A stretch of 64,000 bases of DNA from Chitinophaga pinensis (GTDB taxonomy: Bacteria > Bacteroidota > Bacteroidia > Flavobacteriales_D > Crocinitomicaceae), in NCBI GenBank assembly GCA_945863605.1, contig CAMAZP010000001.1, positions 152,272 through 216,271 of the forward strand. The letters are read 5' to 3'. Of the stretch, positions 29,043-39,033 are shown piece by piece. The notes beneath the pieces were generated by a model, which searched no databases, was not told the origin of the DNA, and was given only the letters and a program-made list of their open reading frames with translations. Positions within the stretch are counted from its first letter, which is position 1. The number at the start of each line of letters is the position of its first letter. Position numbers and translations under genes: made by a program.

Positions 29043-29267
29043 TTATTTATTGTCTTTATTTAAATTCATTACTTCTTTAATAACTAAAACGAGTGACGAT
29101 ATCACACCAAAAAGAGATAAACCTACTGTCCACCAAGGTGTTTTTGATGGATATTTAGCATCAAGATAAGTTCCAAGCCAAGTAAAAAAAGCGATTATAC
29201 CTGCCATTTGAATACCCGTTGAAGAGAATTTAAGGAATAAATTTTGATTTTTTCCCTTGTTATTCAA
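29043..29267 (-). CDS. AtpZ/AtpI-family small membrane protein
   Basis: 74 aa with two helices. FSSTGIQMAGIIAFFTWLGTYLD resembles the AtpZ/AtpI proteins found upstream of Bacteroidota atp operons. Confidence 0.55.
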   Translation of the reverse strand: MNNKGKNQNLFLKFSSTGIQMAGIIAFFTWLGTYLDAKYPSKTPWWTVGLSLFGVISSLVLVIKEVMNLNKDNK

Positions 29268-29682
29268 ACGAAACAGATTGATTAAAATTTGTAGAGGAAA
29301 CAGGAGATTTCATAATACATGCACCTTCAAAAAATGCACCTTCTTCAATGTTTAATTTAAGTGTGCTGATATTTCCTTTAATTCGTGCGGTACTTCTAAG
29401 AATGAGTAAGTTATCAATTGAAAGTTCACCTTCTTGACTTCCTTCGAATTCTGCATTTGAAGCTGACAAGTTACCTGCAATTCTTCCTGTTGTTCCTATA
29501 TGAACTTTACCGGTACAAGTTACATTACCGTTGATTAATCCTTCAATTATAATATTAGAGTCAGAAACTATATTCCCAGTAATCTCTGTTCCAGAAAGAA
29601 TTCTGTTCCAATTATCATTAGTTACTTCGTTCATTGATGGAGTACTTGAGTTTGATCCAAAAAAACCTTTACGTTCTAGCAT
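29260..29682 (-). CDS. Bactofilin-family polymer-forming cytoskeletal protein
   Basis: Repetitive beta-helix pattern: ITGNIVSDSNIIIEGLINGNVTCTGKVHIGTTGRIAGNLSASNAEFEG..IKGNIS. Confidence 0.8.
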   Translation of the reverse strand: MLERKGFFGSNSSTPSMNEVTNDNWNRILSGTEITGNIVSDSNIIIEGLINGNVTCTGKVHIGTTGRIAGNLSASNAEFEGSQEGELSIDNLLILRSTARIKGNISTLKLNIEEGAFFEGACIMKSPVSSTNFNQSVSFE

Positions 29683-29688
29683 AATATT

Positions 29689-32328
29689 TTAGTAATTATC
29701 GTCATAAAACAATTTGTATTCGTCAAATTTTGATGTTTCAATTAACTTTTTTAAATTTTCTATTGAAATAATATAAATTTTATTGTCTTGCAAGTCATCT
29801 AAAATTTCAAAACCTGATTTATAAGTATCAATATATTCTTGTGCTACTTTTATAGTTGGAAAATCTTGTACAAGTATAAAATTCTTTTCAGACATAGTTG
29901 TTTTCATAGAAATTTTAACACGATTCGTTTTGAACTTTTTATTAGAGAAGTCTGAAATTAATTTTTTAGCATCATCACTATCATCCTCTTCATCTAGCAA
30001 AACAATAACATTTTGATTTCCTTCTGTCGAATATTCGAATGAGTATGTTTTGTTAAAGTTAACTGCTTCATTTTTAGAGTATCCTTTATCCAGAATATCC
30101 AACATTTCTTTGGCTCTTATAGCTTGAGGTGTTCCAGGTTTTTCTGAAATAATTGCTTTTAACTTTGGTATTAGCTCTTTTTTATTTTCTGTTGTTTGCC
30201 CAATAGCTAATACATTTAATAACATGTACTCAGATCTGTAAGCATTTGTTTTATCGTTATCAATTACTTTTTGTGATTCATTAGCAACATAATAATAATC
30301 TTCTCCATTGTATCTGTCGACAAGCGCAACGTATTGTTTCTCTGCTTGTTTAGCGTTTTCTTTCTGCTTTAAATAGAAATCAGGATCTTTGAAATATTTT
30401 GCAGCATCTGAATTTGGATAGTAATCTATAATATGATCTTTGTAGCGATCCTTTTCTCCAGTTGCTTCATTGATTTTATACAACTGAAAAGCAGAAGATA
30501 AATCTGTTAAACCAATATTTTTTTGAGCCAACACTTTTTTAAACTGAGCAGCAGCTAATTCTTCTTCATTCAAAATCTCTTTGTACAATACACCAGAAGT
30601 GAAAAGTGCATCCATCAAGCGTTCTTTTGAAGCTTTCATGGCTTCTTCTGTTAAAGGAATATTTTTCAATAAACTCGCAATTGTAAGGGTATCTTCTTTT
30701 GATTTACTAGCAGTTGCATTCAAAGAATCTTTATCTGTTTCGTCTTTTTTATTCAGTACATTCACTACTTTGTCACTTCGTCGCCAATCGTCTTCATTTT
30801 CGCGAACACCCCATGTTTTCTTAAATTCATTGAATCCAGCTTCACGTAATTTAGGATTATTGAAAACAAATTTATTAGCATTTGAACCTCCAGCATTAGA
30901 ATTTGCTTGCTCTTGAAGTGCTAACATTTTTGCTGCCTCTTGTTCTTTGCGTTTTTGTTGTTCTTCTTTGATTTGTTTTAAGGCATCTTTCAAAAATTCC
31001 GTTCTATCTTTCTCAGATAATTTTGCAATTCGTTGAACGCTATCCTCAAAATTTGCAGTTTCAATTGCCTTAACTAAATCAGAAAGTTTAATTGCTCTAC
31101 TCTTAACTAACTCACCATTTGGATAATTGTCATCGATGAAACGAGAACAAGAATCGTAATATTTTTGAGCGTATACATAATCTTTATCGGCAAATGTCAA
31201 ATCACCTAATTTCTCATAGGACATAGCTTTCTGACGTTTGTTAGTCGTCGAAAAAAAAGCAGACTTCGTCAAATACTCAATAGCTTTGGGTTTGTCGCTA
31301 CGATTTAATTCATAGTTGGCCATCGCATAATAAATCTGATCCTTGTATTGTGCATTTTTTGCATCGCGCAGCATTTTTTTCAAGTCACGGCCAAGATTTG
31401 AACTACTTCCAACCATCGCTCTGTTTAAACGCGCATTGAAAGCAATCTCAAAAGAAGCAGAAGATTTATTTGCTAAGTTAAAATGAATACTTGCGGAGTC
31501 AACGTTTCTGTTTTGATTGTAAACTTGTCCTAAAATGAAATGTAACCTTGCTTTTTCTTTGGCAGATTTACACTTAGAAATGGCTAGATTCAAACCTTCG
31601 GCAGCCGCTTGGTAATCTTTTCTTCTAACCGCTAAATCGGCATACGCTTTATAGATTTCAAACTGCAAGCTTTTTTTCATACGAGGCAATTCAGGCTCTG
31701 CATTTGGGTCTGGTTTTGGTTTGTAGAACGGAATAAAATCGGTAAACTTTCTTTTTTTTTGTGCTTGAGAAATTTCATTCAAGTTATCTAAAGCCAATTT
31801 AGCATCTGCGAATTTATTGAGTTCAATGTTGATTTTTGCAATCCACAATTCTGCTTCAAACATCGAAGGATCTTTAATAAAAAAGCGTTTTACGAATAGA
31901 AAATTCTTCATCGATTTTTCATAATCTCTTCTCAAATAGTATGCTTTTCCAACAGTCAACCAGTTTTCATCAATCCAATTATTGTATTCCGCAGACTTCA
32001 TTGCCATATTTTCTGCGCTTGGCATACTGTGGTTGAGGATTACTTTTGAGCATTTGACAACAGCGGTATCTATTGCTGGATACATCCCTTTTACCTCTGT
32101 TTCATTTGGCAGTGGATTCACAGGGAGAATTGTAAAAAAATCTTCTTTTCTAGAATCCGTATACGTTTTCATTGCAATGCGCATCAATTCAGTTGCATTG
32201 AAATGACCATTATAACGTGCAGTTGTAGAGTGATAAGTACGATTCAATAGGGAATTATTTTCCGTTGAACAGGCAAAAAGCAATGCAATTCCAAAGATTG
32301 AAAGTAAAACAGAAGATCTAAATTTCAT
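29689..32328 (-). CDS. TPR-rich lipoprotein, probably T9SS periplasmic lipoprotein PorW/SprE
   Basis: Lipobox LLFACS. NRTYHSTTARYNGHFNA directly after the lipidated Cys. 879 aa, about the size I recall for SprE of Flavobacterium johnsoniae. TPR-like helices throughout. The assignment rests on recall of family features. Confidence 0.6.
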   Translation of the reverse strand: MKFRSSVLLSIFGIALLFACSTENNSLLNRTYHSTTARYNGHFNATELMRIAMKTYTDSRKEDFFTILPVNPLPNETEVKGMYPAIDTAVVKCSKVILNHSMPSAENMAMKSAEYNNWIDENWLTVGKAYYLRRDYEKSMKNFLFVKRFFIKDPSMFEAELWIAKINIELNKFADAKLALDNLNEISQAQKKRKFTDFIPFYKPKPDPNAEPELPRMKKSLQFEIYKAYADLAVRRKDYQAAAEGLNLAISKCKSAKEKARLHFILGQVYNQNRNVDSASIHFNLANKSSASFEIAFNARLNRAMVGSSSNLGRDLKKMLRDAKNAQYKDQIYYAMANYELNRSDKPKAIEYLTKSAFFSTTNKRQKAMSYEKLGDLTFADKDYVYAQKYYDSCSRFIDDNYPNGELVKSRAIKLSDLVKAIETANFEDSVQRIAKLSEKDRTEFLKDALKQIKEEQQKRKEQEAAKMLALQEQANSNAGGSNANKFVFNNPKLREAGFNEFKKTWGVRENEDDWRRSDKVVNVLNKKDETDKDSLNATASKSKEDTLTIASLLKNIPLTEEAMKASKERLMDALFTSGVLYKEILNEEELAAAQFKKVLAQKNIGLTDLSSAFQLYKINEATGEKDRYKDHIIDYYPNSDAAKYFKDPDFYLKQKENAKQAEKQYVALVDRYNGEDYYYVANESQKVIDNDKTNAYRSEYMLLNVLAIGQTTENKKELIPKLKAIISEKPGTPQAIRAKEMLDILDKGYSKNEAVNFNKTYSFEYSTEGNQNVIVLLDEEDDSDDAKKLISDFSNKKFKTNRVKISMKTTMSEKNFILVQDFPTIKVAQEYIDTYKSGFEILDDLQDNKIYIISIENLKKLIETSKFDEYKLFYDDNY

Positions 32329-32367
32329 ACTTATATATAACTAACAAATGCATGTTTTAGTATAAAA

Positions 32368-33078
32368 TTAGGCGATGTTTGTGAATACTTGCTGAATATC
32401 GTCGTCGTCTTCGATTTTATCCAACATTTTTTCGATATCCACTAATTGTTCTTCTGAAAATTCAACAGGAGTTGTTGGGATGCGCTTCAAACTTGATTTT
32501 TGAACTTCTATTTGCAAGTCTTCTAATGCTTTCGCTAAAGTACCAAAAGAGGTATAATCTCCATAAACGTTGATGTTTTCACCTTCTATTTCGATTTCTT
32601 CACAACCTGCATCTATTAATTCTAACTCTAAGTTTTCAACGTCAATTGCGTCTGTTTTAACGAATTCAAAAACACATTTTCTCGAAAACATAAATTCCAT
32701 TGAACCATTAGGAACAACTTGACCTCCAGCTTTATTGAAATATGATTTAACATTTGCAACTGTTCTAGTTGGGTTATCTGTAGCACATTCTACATAAACG
32801 AGAACTCCATGTGGACCTTTTCCTTCGTAGTTTACTTCAGTAAATGAGGCAATATCTTTTTGTGCTGCCCTTTTTATTGCCGATTCGATATTGTCTTTCG
32901 GCATATTTTCTGACTTAGCGTTTTGGATTGCTGTTCTTAATTTAGCATTAGTTGCAGGATCAATTCCTCCTTCTTTCGCTGCCATTGTGATTGCTTTACC
33001 AAGTTTTGGAAACATTTTAGACATCTTGTCCCAACGTTTTTCTTTTGCTGCTCTTCGGTATTCAAATGCTCTTCCCAT
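32368..33078 (-). CDS. YebC/PmpR-family transcriptional regulator
   Basis: [22 protein letters not shown]-terminus, 236 aa, acidic C-terminus, as typical for YebC. Confidence 0.9.
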   Translation of the reverse strand: MGRAFEYRRAAKEKRWDKMSKMFPKLGKAITMAAKEGGIDPATNAKLRTAIQNAKSENMPKDNIESAIKRAAQKDIASFTEVNYEGKGPHGVLVYVECATDNPTRTVANVKSYFNKAGGQVVPNGSMEFMFSRKCVFEFVKTDAIDVENLELELIDAGCEEIEIEGENINVYGDYTSFGTLAKALEDLQIEVQKSSLKRIPTTPVEFSEEQLVDIEKMLDKIEDDDDIQQVFTNIA

Positions 33079-33222
33079 GTGTCAAAATTTGGGCAAAAGT
33101 AAGGATTTAAGGATGAAAATTCAACATAAAATTACAGAATATATAATGTGTACTTATTTCCTTTTTTATTGAGAGTAATGGATTAATCATAAAAAGTCAT
33201 GTTATCAATTATAGCAAATCGA

Positions 33223-34434
33223 TTACATTTTTTGGTCTAAACTTTTACCTGTTTCAATATGTTGGAAATTTGGTATATGTTGTTTGAGAAAATTAACAAT
33301 AGAAGATTTAGTATAATTTTCTGAATCTATCAGCTTTTTTAATTCAAAGATTATTGATTCTATTTTAGATTTTGATATTTTTTCGGTATTTTTAATGACA
33401 CCCAAACTTGAAAATTTAATGTAATCAACTTCATCTTTATCAGTAATAAATTCCTCAAATAATTTTTCTCCTGTTGTATCAGATTCAAAAAAATAGACAG
33501 GATAGGGGTCTGTCTTAGAAATAGTTGTTGATTTATTTTTTGCTTCATTTTCTGACTTGCAAACTAGTATTTCACGATTCAATTGATTGAAAAAATTAAT
33601 TGTGATTTCTTTGAAATTAGTTAATTTTTCATGTTCTAATTTAGGAAAGAAAATTTCTCCTGAATCACCTAAAAAACAAGCAAGCATGCAAATTTGCCCA
33701 CTTTCTTCAGGTGAAACAAAAAAACGCTTTATGTCGGTCGGACATGCAATTGGCTGATTTTTGTAAATTCTATCTATGAATCCTGCAAGTAAAGAACCAT
33801 TTGAGAAGGCTACGTTTGCAAATCTTGCTGTTGAAATATTAAGTTCTGAACTATATGAAATTAGAATGTCCTCCATAAGTTTTTTACTTGCACCCATTAT
33901 ATTAACTGGATTTGCGGCTTTATCTGTAGAAACGCAAAAAAAATGTTCGGGTTTGTTCTTGACTAGTAAATCTAAAAATTCTTTTGTTTTAAAGACGTTA
34001 TTATTCAACATTGCTTCAATTGAATAAATATCTTTTTCACTTCGAACATGTTTATGAGCAGCGAAATTTGCTACTACCTGAAATGGACCCTCGTTTTCAA
34101 ACATTTTTACAAACACAGGTTCACCTAAGCTCATAGGATAGGTTTTATAATCTTCAGGTATAAATTGATTAGGAGTACTTCTTAAATCTCTTGTTAACTC
34201 AGTTAATCCATTTTCGTTTATGTCAACAATTACTAATTTTAAAGGTTTAAATTTTAGTATTGCCTTTATGTAAGAGGAACCAATCGTTCCTGCACCACCA
34301 ACAACTAATACTGATTTACCTTTGATTTTTTCTGAAAGTATAAATTGGTATTCAATTATATCTTTTTCAAAAAAACTTGATGATCTTTTGGTGACATATT
34401 TTTCAATAAAATCAGGGATATCTAAAAAATTCAT
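33223..34434 (-). CDS. NDP-sugar 4,6-dehydratase/epimerase (CapD/PglF-like polysaccharide biosynthesis protein, soluble form)
   Basis: Rossmann motif VLVVGGAGTIGSS and an SDR-type STDKAANP segment. Confidence 0.7.
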   Translation of the reverse strand: MNFLDIPDFIEKYVTKRSSSFFEKDIIEYQFILSEKIKGKSVLVVGGAGTIGSSYIKAILKFKPLKLVIVDINENGLTELTRDLRSTPNQFIPEDYKTYPMSLGEPVFVKMFENEGPFQVVANFAAHKHVRSEKDIYSIEAMLNNNVFKTKEFLDLLVKNKPEHFFCVSTDKAANPVNIMGASKKLMEDILISYSSELNISTARFANVAFSNGSLLAGFIDRIYKNQPIACPTDIKRFFVSPEESGQICMLACFLGDSGEIFFPKLEHEKLTNFKEITINFFNQLNREILVCKSENEAKNKSTTISKTDPYPVYFFESDTTGEKLFEEFITDKDEVDYIKFSSLGVIKNTEKISKSKIESIIFELKKLIDSENYTKSSIVNFLKQHIPNFQHIETGKSLDQKM

Positions 34435-34454
34435 TTTATTTTATTAGTAGGAAT

Positions 34455-35624
34455 TCAATTATTTTTTATGTCTTCAACTGAAGTGTAAAATTTTTTTATC
34501 ACACTAACTACTTTCTTCATTTCTATATCTTTCAAGCCAGATGAACTAGGAATACTGATACAACTTTCATATAATTTTGAAGAGTTATCATTTTTTTGAA
34601 CGTATATATCATTTTCAAACATAACCAATTGATTCATTGGTTTCCAAAATGGACGAGATTGTATACCATTGTCATTTAAATACAATAAAAGTTCACGCAT
34701 TTTTTTTGTTTTAAAAGTAAAAAGCCAACAATTTGATTTTACGTCCTTTGATACTTGTTGAAATTCGATGTCTCCAATATTTTTTAATTCAAATCTGTAA
34801 AATGCATCAATTTCATGTTTTTTTGTTAATAAAAAAGGGAACTCTTCCATTTGGGCTACACCAATAGCTGCTAAAATATTTACCATACGGTAATTGTATC
34901 CAATTTCATCATGAATATATTCTAATTGACTTACTTTAGCTTGAGTTGTAATATGTTTTGCTTTTTTTGCTAAATTTTCATCATTTGTAACGATAACTCC
35001 ACCTCCGCCTGTAGAAATTATTTTATTTCCATTGAAACTAAAAACACCAAATTTTCCAAATGTTCCAGCATGTTTTTCTTTAAAAGTAGACCCTAATGCT
35101 TCTGTACTATCTTCGATTATTTCTAATTTAAATTTTAAAGCAATTTTTTGTAGCTTATCGATGTTTCCAATGTTTCCTAATACATGAACTGGTAAAATTG
35201 CTTTAACTCTTTTAGATGTTGATTTCAAATAATAATGTGAGCCTTTTTCATCAGCTTTATAATAAGTATTCTCAGTAAGGTATTTATCTAGTAAATCTAA
35301 ATCCATTTGCCAATCATGAGGATTAACATCAATTAAAATTGGTGTTGCACCAATATACTTTACTGAGTTTAATGTAGCAACAAAAGTTATGTTAGGAACA
35401 ATAACATGGTCATCAGAATTAATCCCAGCTAATTGTTGAGCAATATGTAATCCTACTGTTCCATTCATACAAGCAATACCATATTTGGCACCTACATAAT
35501 CTGCGATCATTTCTTCAAATTTGTTGACATAAGAGCCTGCTGAAGAAATCCAACCTGTATCCAAACAATTTTTTACATATTTCCACTCGTTGCCATTAAT
35601 TTCAGGGACTAAAAGAGGTATCAT
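34455..35624 (-). CDS. DegT/DnrJ/EryC1/StrS-family sugar aminotransferase
   Basis: N-terminal W..V..CLDTGWISS, CMNGTVGLHIA and FSFNGNKIISTGGGG (PLP lysine) motifs. Confidence 0.85.
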   Translation of the reverse strand: MIPLLVPEINGNEWKYVKNCLDTGWISSAGSYVNKFEEMIADYVGAKYGIACMNGTVGLHIAQQLAGINSDDHVIVPNITFVATLNSVKYIGATPILIDVNPHDWQMDLDLLDKYLTENTYYKADEKGSHYYLKSTSKRVKAILPVHVLGNIGNIDKLQKIALKFKLEIIEDSTEALGSTFKEKHAGTFGKFGVFSFNGNKIISTGGGGVIVTNDENLAKKAKHITTQAKVSQLEYIHDEIGYNYRMVNILAAIGVAQMEEFPFLLTKKHEIDAFYRFELKNIGDIEFQQVSKDVKSNCWLFTFKTKKMRELLLYLNDNGIQSRPFWKPMNQLVMFENDIYVQKNDNSSKLYESCISIPSSSGLKDIEMKKVVSVIKKFYTSVEDIKNN

Positions 35625-35714
35625 TTTTAGCTATTTAATATTATTAATTTACAGATTTCACTTTTTAAAACTGAAATAACTATGATATTCATTAAAGTTT
35701 AATGAATACAATCC

Positions 35715-36329
35715 CTATTTTTTTTTACCAACAAAACGTATAACAGAACCCTTTCCGACATGGTATTTTCCTTCGTTGAGTTCTACCACTTGCTCACTTA
35801 ACTCAATAATATCAAAATTCAAGAAATCTTTTTTTATTTCATCAATGGAAAATAAGGTGTCAATATCTTTAGGTCCTCCAACTTTTTCATTTACAGAATT
35901 GTATTCAATGTGTTTTTTACTAAAAGCTTCAAAAATAACTACTCCACCAGGCTTTAAAAAACCAGCAATCGTTTGATGATAGTTCGACTTTATTGCACTT
36001 GGGAAATGGGCAAAAATGAAAGCAATTGCATCAAATTGTTCTTTTTTAAAATTTAAGTTTTCTAATGAACCAACGTGATAATCAATTTCAACTTGTTTAT
36101 TTGTAGCGAGTAGCAAAGCTTTATTTCTGCCTTCTTCGCTTATGTCAAAAGAGGTAACTTTCCAACCCAATGTGGCAGCATAAACAGCGTTTCTTCCCTC
36201 ACCATCTGCAGGGAATAGTATTTTACCAACTGGTAATGTTAATAGTTTCTCTTTTAAAAAATCATTAGCCTCTGTACCATACGCAAATTCAGATTCAGCA
36301 TAGCGATTATCCCAAAATTCTTTCATCAT
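35715..36329 (-). CDS. Class I SAM-dependent methyltransferase
   Basis: Methyltransferase fold pattern: [34 protein letters not shown]. Confidence 0.7.
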   Translation of the reverse strand: MMKEFWDNRYAESEFAYGTEANDFLKEKLLTLPVGKILFPADGEGRNAVYAATLGWKVTSFDISEEGRNKALLLATNKQVEIDYHVGSLENLNFKKEQFDAIAFIFAHFPSAIKSNYHQTIAGFLKPGGVVIFEAFSKKHIEYNSVNEKVGGPKDIDTLFSIDEIKKDFLNFDIIELSEQVVELNEGKYHVGKGSVIRFVGKKK

Positions 36330-36340
36330 CTAAAATTTTT

Positions 36341-39031
36341 TTAAAACAACTTCATTTGCTCTTCATCCTCATCTTCGTCTGGTTTCTTGGTCAAATCCCA
36401 TTCAACTGTTGGAGCGTCGCCATCTTCTAAATCAATTTCTGTTTCGATTTCGTCTATTGTAGCTGGCGCTTCTTCCTCTGGCCAAGGTTCTTTTCCTTCG
36501 TCAATAGGATGCGTCAACACAATTTCTTTGACTTTCAATTTCGTTATTTGATTGCCTTGTGCTTTCATTCCTTTCACGTCAATTACATCCGCTAAGTTCA
36601 TCACGTTATCAGGAAGATTTTTCGTTTCTTTTAGCAATTTGTTGTAAACGATTTTCACTTCTGGACGGTAAGCTGTAGAAACGGCATCCATGTATGAACC
36701 AGCACTTTCACTGATAAACAAGACACGCTTATCGCTATGTACCTCACACACAAATCGTTTTACGTAGTGTAATTCTTTTTCACCATCATAATAAACAGTT
36801 GAAATCGGACGATCTGGAATCCATTTTTCAATGTGAATCATATCTTCATCAAAATGCGTAGATAAGTCAAATGAACTCAAACGGTATTCTCCTGTTTTAT
36901 ATAATGTTAGGATTTTATCTTCGCCCTTAAAAGACCCCAAGAATTTACCACGACCTTCATCGTTTAAGCGACCTACAACAGTATCATACCAAATTTTACG
37001 AGCCGCCAAAGTTGAACCACCCACTTCTTTTTGAACTATTTTCTGAATGATTTCTTTCGTTGCTCTGTTTCCAGCTGAATTTCTTCCTTTAATTAATAGT
37101 TCTCCCATATCGATGTCAAAACGCAAACGTTTCAAGTGCGGACGTGGACGTAATAAAATTGACACCACTTCACGTTCTCCATTTGGATGTACGGAGAAAT
37201 ACAGCATTTTAGAACCTTTCGTTCCACGAGACAAATCATATTCTGTGTCGCGTGTAATGGAATTCACGTAGAAGCGTTTCATCATCGTCGCACCGCCAAC
37301 TCCATCTTGATAAAATAAATGGTAAATGGTACGCGTGTCGCCTTTTTTCCAAACACTCGCAAAAATCAAGTCTTTACCAACGAATTTCTTGTCTGTTACT
37401 TTCGTCACCATCATTTTACCTGAAGCAAAGAAACAAATGATGTCATCGATTTCAGAACAATCAGAAACAGCTTCATTCTTTTTCAAACCGTAACCAATAA
37501 ATCCTTCTTCGTAATCGACGTATAATTTTTTGTTCGCAATAATTACTTTGCTTGCAGTAATATTATCAAATACTTTGATTTCTGTTTTGCGTTCTTTACC
37601 TGCGCCAAAACGTTTCTTCAAATCTTTGTAGTAATCGATTGCGTATTCCACCAAATTCGCCAAATGACCTTTCACTTCTTCCATTTCCGCTTCGATTTTC
37701 AACAAAGCATCATCTGCTTTGGAAGAGTCGAAACGTGTGATACGAATCATTGGAATTTGTGTCAATTTCTGTAAATCTTCATCCACAATTGGACGCAATA
37801 ATTGACCTAAAAATGGCTCGAAGCGTTTGTATAAATATTTGTAAAGTTCTTCTCTGTCAGAATAATGTTTAAAGTCGATGTACATTTCGTTGTTGATGAA
37901 CAATTTCTCCAAGGTTGAGAAATGCCACATTCTTTCCAATTCATCCAAACGGATTTCCAATTCCAATTTCAACAAGCGAACCGTACTGTCAGTTGTCACT
38001 TTCAATATCTCTGAAACACCCATAAATCGTGGACGATCGCCATCAATTATTGTAGAGTTAGGAGAAATCGAAACTTCACAATCTGTGAAAGCATACAAGG
38101 CATCAATCGTTTTGTCAGGAGAAACTCCAGGGAACAAATGCACAATGATTTCAGCTTCCATCGAAGTGTTGTCCTCGATTTTCTTGATTTTAATTTTCCC
38201 TTTATCGTTGGCTTTAATCACTGATTCAATCAAAGAACCTGTCGTTGTTCCAAAAGGAATTTCATTGATGATTAAAGTCTTGTTGTCAACTTTTCTGATT
38301 TTCGCTCTAACACGCACTCTAGCACCGCGCAAACCATCGTTGTAACCCGTAAAATCTGCCATTCCACCATTTGGAAAGTCGGGCAAAAATTCCACTTTCT
38401 TACCACGCAAATGGTTGATTGCTTGTTCTATTAATTCATTGAAATTGTGAGGTAAAAACTTACAAGCCATACCAACTGCGATACCTTCCGCTCCTTGTGC
38501 CAAAAGCAAAGGAAACTTCATTGGCAATTGCTCTGGTTCTTTATTTCTTCCGTCGTAACTCGACAACCAATTCGTTGTTTTTCCATTAAAAGCAACGTGA
38601 AGCGCAAATTTTGAGAGACGTGCCTCAATGTAACGAGGAGCTGCTGCGCCGTCACCAGTTAAAGTATTCCCCCAGTTTCCTTGGCAGTCGATCATCAATT
38701 CTTTTTGACCCAATTGCACCAAAGCATCTCCAATCGAAGCGTCACCGTGCGGGTGATATTTCATTGTGTTCCCGATGATGTTCGCTACTTTGTTGTAACG
38801 TCCATCTTCCATTTCCTTCATCGAATGCAAAATACGACGTTGTACCGGTTTCAAACCATCGTACAAAGAAGGAACGGCGCGTTCAAGAATTACGTAACTG
38901 GCATAATCCAAAAACCAATTTTCGTACAAGCCACCCACAGGTATGACTTTTTCATCTACTTTTTTGTTCTCGAAAGGATTGTGTTCGTCACCCTTTTCCA
39001 AGTTTGCATCTTCAATTTCGTCCTCTGCCAT
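36341..39031 (-). CDS. parC: DNA topoisomerase IV subunit A (Bacteroidota GyrA/ParC-family long form)
   Basis: DGLKPVQRRIL, KYHPHGD and the active-site AAPRYIEARLS. It lies immediately downstream of the B subunit gene. Confidence 0.8.
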   Translation of the reverse strand: MAEDEIEDANLEKGDEHNPFENKKVDEKVIPVGGLYENWFLDYASYVILERAVPSLYDGLKPVQRRILHSMKEMEDGRYNKVANIIGNTMKYHPHGDASIGDALVQLGQKELMIDCQGNWGNTLTGDGAAAPRYIEARLSKFALHVAFNGKTTNWLSSYDGRNKEPEQLPMKFPLLLAQGAEGIAVGMACKFLPHNFNELIEQAINHLRGKKVEFLPDFPNGGMADFTGYNDGLRGARVRVRAKIRKVDNKTLIINEIPFGTTTGSLIESVIKANDKGKIKIKKIEDNTSMEAEIIVHLFPGVSPDKTIDALYAFTDCEVSISPNSTIIDGDRPRFMGVSEILKVTTDSTVRLLKLELEIRLDELERMWHFSTLEKLFINNEMYIDFKHYSDREELYKYLYKRFEPFLGQLLRPIVDEDLQKLTQIPMIRITRFDSSKADDALLKIEAEMEEVKGHLANLVEYAIDYYKDLKKRFGAGKERKTEIKVFDNITASKVIIANKKLYVDYEEGFIGYGLKKNEAVSDCSEIDDIICFFASGKMMVTKVTDKKFVGKDLIFASVWKKGDTRTIYHLFYQDGVGGATMMKRFYVNSITRDTEYDLSRGTKGSKMLYFSVHPNGEREVVSILLRPRPHLKRLRFDIDMGELLIKGRNSAGNRATKEIIQKIVQKEVGGSTLAARKIWYDTVVGRLNDEGRGKFLGSFKGEDKILTLYKTGEYRLSSFDLSTHFDEDMIHIEKWIPDRPISTVYYDGEKELHYVKRFVCEVHSDKRVLFISESAGSYMDAVSTAYRPEVKIVYNKLLKETKNLPDNVMNLADVIDVKGMKAQGNQITKLKVKEIVLTHPIDEGKEPWPEEEAPATIDEIETEIDLEDGDAPTVEWDLTKKPDEDEDEEQMKLF

Positions 39032-39033
39032 AA

